From a virus (Duplodnaviria > Heunggongvirae > Uroviricota > Caudoviricetes): DNA of 8,548 nucleotides. The stretch lies in IMG/VR virus record IMGVR_UViG_3300029518_000108. One strand, 5' to 3'. Below are positions 7,052 through 8,548 of the stretch, piece after piece. The notes under the pieces are model-generated. The model ran no database searches. It had not been told where the DNA came from and saw only the letters and a list, made by a program, of their open reading frames with translations. The first letter of the stretch is position 1; each line of letters starts with the position of its first letter. The position numbers and the translations under genes were made by a program.

Positions 7052-7504
7052 GTGAAGGATAAAGTGTATAAGCGTCCCGTTTCGATCTTAGTGGTCATCT
7101 ACGCACAAGATACGAAACGGGTGCTGATGTTGCAGCGGCGTGACGATCCCGATTTCTGGCAGTCGGTAACCGGCAGCGTGGAAGAGGGTGAAACCGCGCC
7201 GCAAGCTGCCATGCGCGAAGTAAAGGAAGAGGTCACCATCGATGTTGTCGCTGAACAACTGACCTTAATTGACTGTCAGCGCACGGTAGAATTTGAAATT
7301 TTTTCACATTTACGTCATCGCTATGCGCCGGGCGTGACGCGTAATACGGAATCATGGTTCTGTCTTGCGCTCCCGCACGAACGCCAGGTCGTCTTCACTG
7401 AACATCTGGCCTACAAGTGGCTTGATGCGCCTGCTGCGGCGGCGCTCACTAAGTCCTGGAGCAACCGGCAGGCGATTGAACAGTTTGTAATTAACGCTGC
7501 CTGA
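7052..7504 (+). CDS. nudB: Dihydroneopterin triphosphate diphosphatase (Nudix hydrolase NudB, 150 aa) from a GTG start
   Basis: Nudix box [24 protein letters not shown] at 7052 with GAAGAGG about 6 nt upstream gives (M)[13 protein letters not shown]... The open frame also extends upstream to ATGs at 6995 and 7022. Confidence 0.88.
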
Positions 7505-7532
7505 ACAGGCAGGGCTATCTGGAGATATTTTT

Positions 7533-8273
7533 ATGGCAGGTCATAGTAAATGGGCCAACACCAGACATCGTAAAGCTGCGCAGGATGCTAAGCGCGGTAA
7601 AATCTTCACTAAAATCATTCGTGAGCTGGTAACCGCGGCTAAGCTGGGCGGTGGTGACCCGGACGCTAACCCGCGTCTGCGTGCAGCAATTGATAAAGCA
7701 TTGTCTAACAACATGACCCGTGACACTCTGAACCGCGCAATTGCACGTGGTGTGGGCGGTGATGATGATGCAAACATGGAAACCATCATCTACGAAGGTT
7801 ACGGTCCTGGCGGCACGGCAATCATGATTGAATGTCTGTCTGACAACCGCAACCGTACCGTTGCTGAAGTGCGTCATGCATTCAGTAAATGTGGCGGTAA
7901 CCTCGGTACTGATGGTTCCGTAGCTTATCTGTTCAGCAAAAAAGGCGTGATCTCCTTCGAGAAAGGCGATGAAGACACCATCATGGAAGCAGCACTGGAA
8001 GCAGGTGCTGAAGACGTTGTGACCTATGATGACGGCGCGATTGATGTCTACACTGCATGGGAAGAAATGGGTAAAGTGCGCGACGCTCTGGAAGCGGCAG
8101 GTCTGAAAGCAGACAGCGCGGAAGTTTCCATGATCCCGTCCACCAAAGCTGATATGGATGCAGAAACCGCACCGAAACTGATGCGTCTGATCGATATGCT
8201 GGAAGATTGCGACGACGTGCAGGAAGTTTACCATAACGGTGAAATCTCTGATGAGGTCGCAGCGACTCTCTGA
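7533..8273 (+). CDS. yebC: YebC/PmpR-family (TACO1-like) probable transcriptional regulator (246 aa)
   Basis: [31 protein letters not shown]... is the characteristic family N-terminus; GGAG 8 nt upstream of the ATG. Confidence 0.95.
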
Positions 8274-8307
8274 TGAGGCCTGCTAAACAGCAAAACGGAG
8301 ACGCGTG

Positions 8308-8548
8308 ATGGCTATTATTCTCGGCATTGATCCGGGTTCGCGCGTGACCGGCTACGGCGTCATCCGCCAGGTAGGTAGGCAACTGTCCTACCTGGGTAGC
8401 GGATGCATCCGCACCAAAGTGGATGATTTACCGTCTCGTCTGAAACTCATCTATGCGGGCGTGACGGAAATCATCACCCAGTTCCAGCCTGATTATTTCG
8501 CCATTGAACAAGTCTTTATGGCAAAGAACGCTGACTCAGCCCTGAAAC
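8308..8548 (+). CDS. ruvC: Holliday junction resolvase RuvC, 5' part only (runs off the right window edge)
   Basis: ATG at 8308 with GGAG 7 nt upstream; translation [31 protein letters not shown]...[27 protein letters not shown]. Not in the ORF track because it has no stop inside the window. Confidence 0.9.

Noticed and set aside
7515-8382. Minus-strand ORFs 7515-8234 (239 aa), 7541-7789 and 7981-8382
   Set aside because: Antisense to yebC and the yebC-ruvC junction; Cys/His-rich nonsense-like translations; the sense-strand genes are well supported.
1-8548. tRNA, rRNA or CRISPR features (prophages often sit next to tRNA genes)
   Set aside because: No cloverleaf-like or repeat-spacer structure found by eye; the insertion target is the protein-coding gene yecE.

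Overview
The window reads as an Escherichia/Shigella-type chromosomal segment in two parts. Positions 1 to about 4193 are the right-hand end of a lambdoid prophage: a 5'-truncated side-tail-fibre gene (lambda Stf-like N-terminus with Ala/Ser/Thr-rich repeats, fused to an AT-rich C-terminal module), two small translationally coupled ORFs (one with a Peptidase-S74-like chaperone C-terminus), a small membrane-protein ORF cut by a 10-N assembly gap, the 3' end of a tfa gene, and a DinI-like gene behind a near-consensus promoter carrying two LexA boxes. The prophage abuts a 5' stub of yecE, so it appears inserted in yecE. Positions 4286 to 8548 are conserved core genes in the E. coli K-12 order: yecD (minus strand), then aspS, nudB, yebC and the 5' part of ruvC (plus strand). 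I found no tRNA, rRNA or CRISPR array. The best candidate for something undescribed is the non-canonical block between stf and the gap (2152-3417), but this rests on motif recognition from memory, not on any search.
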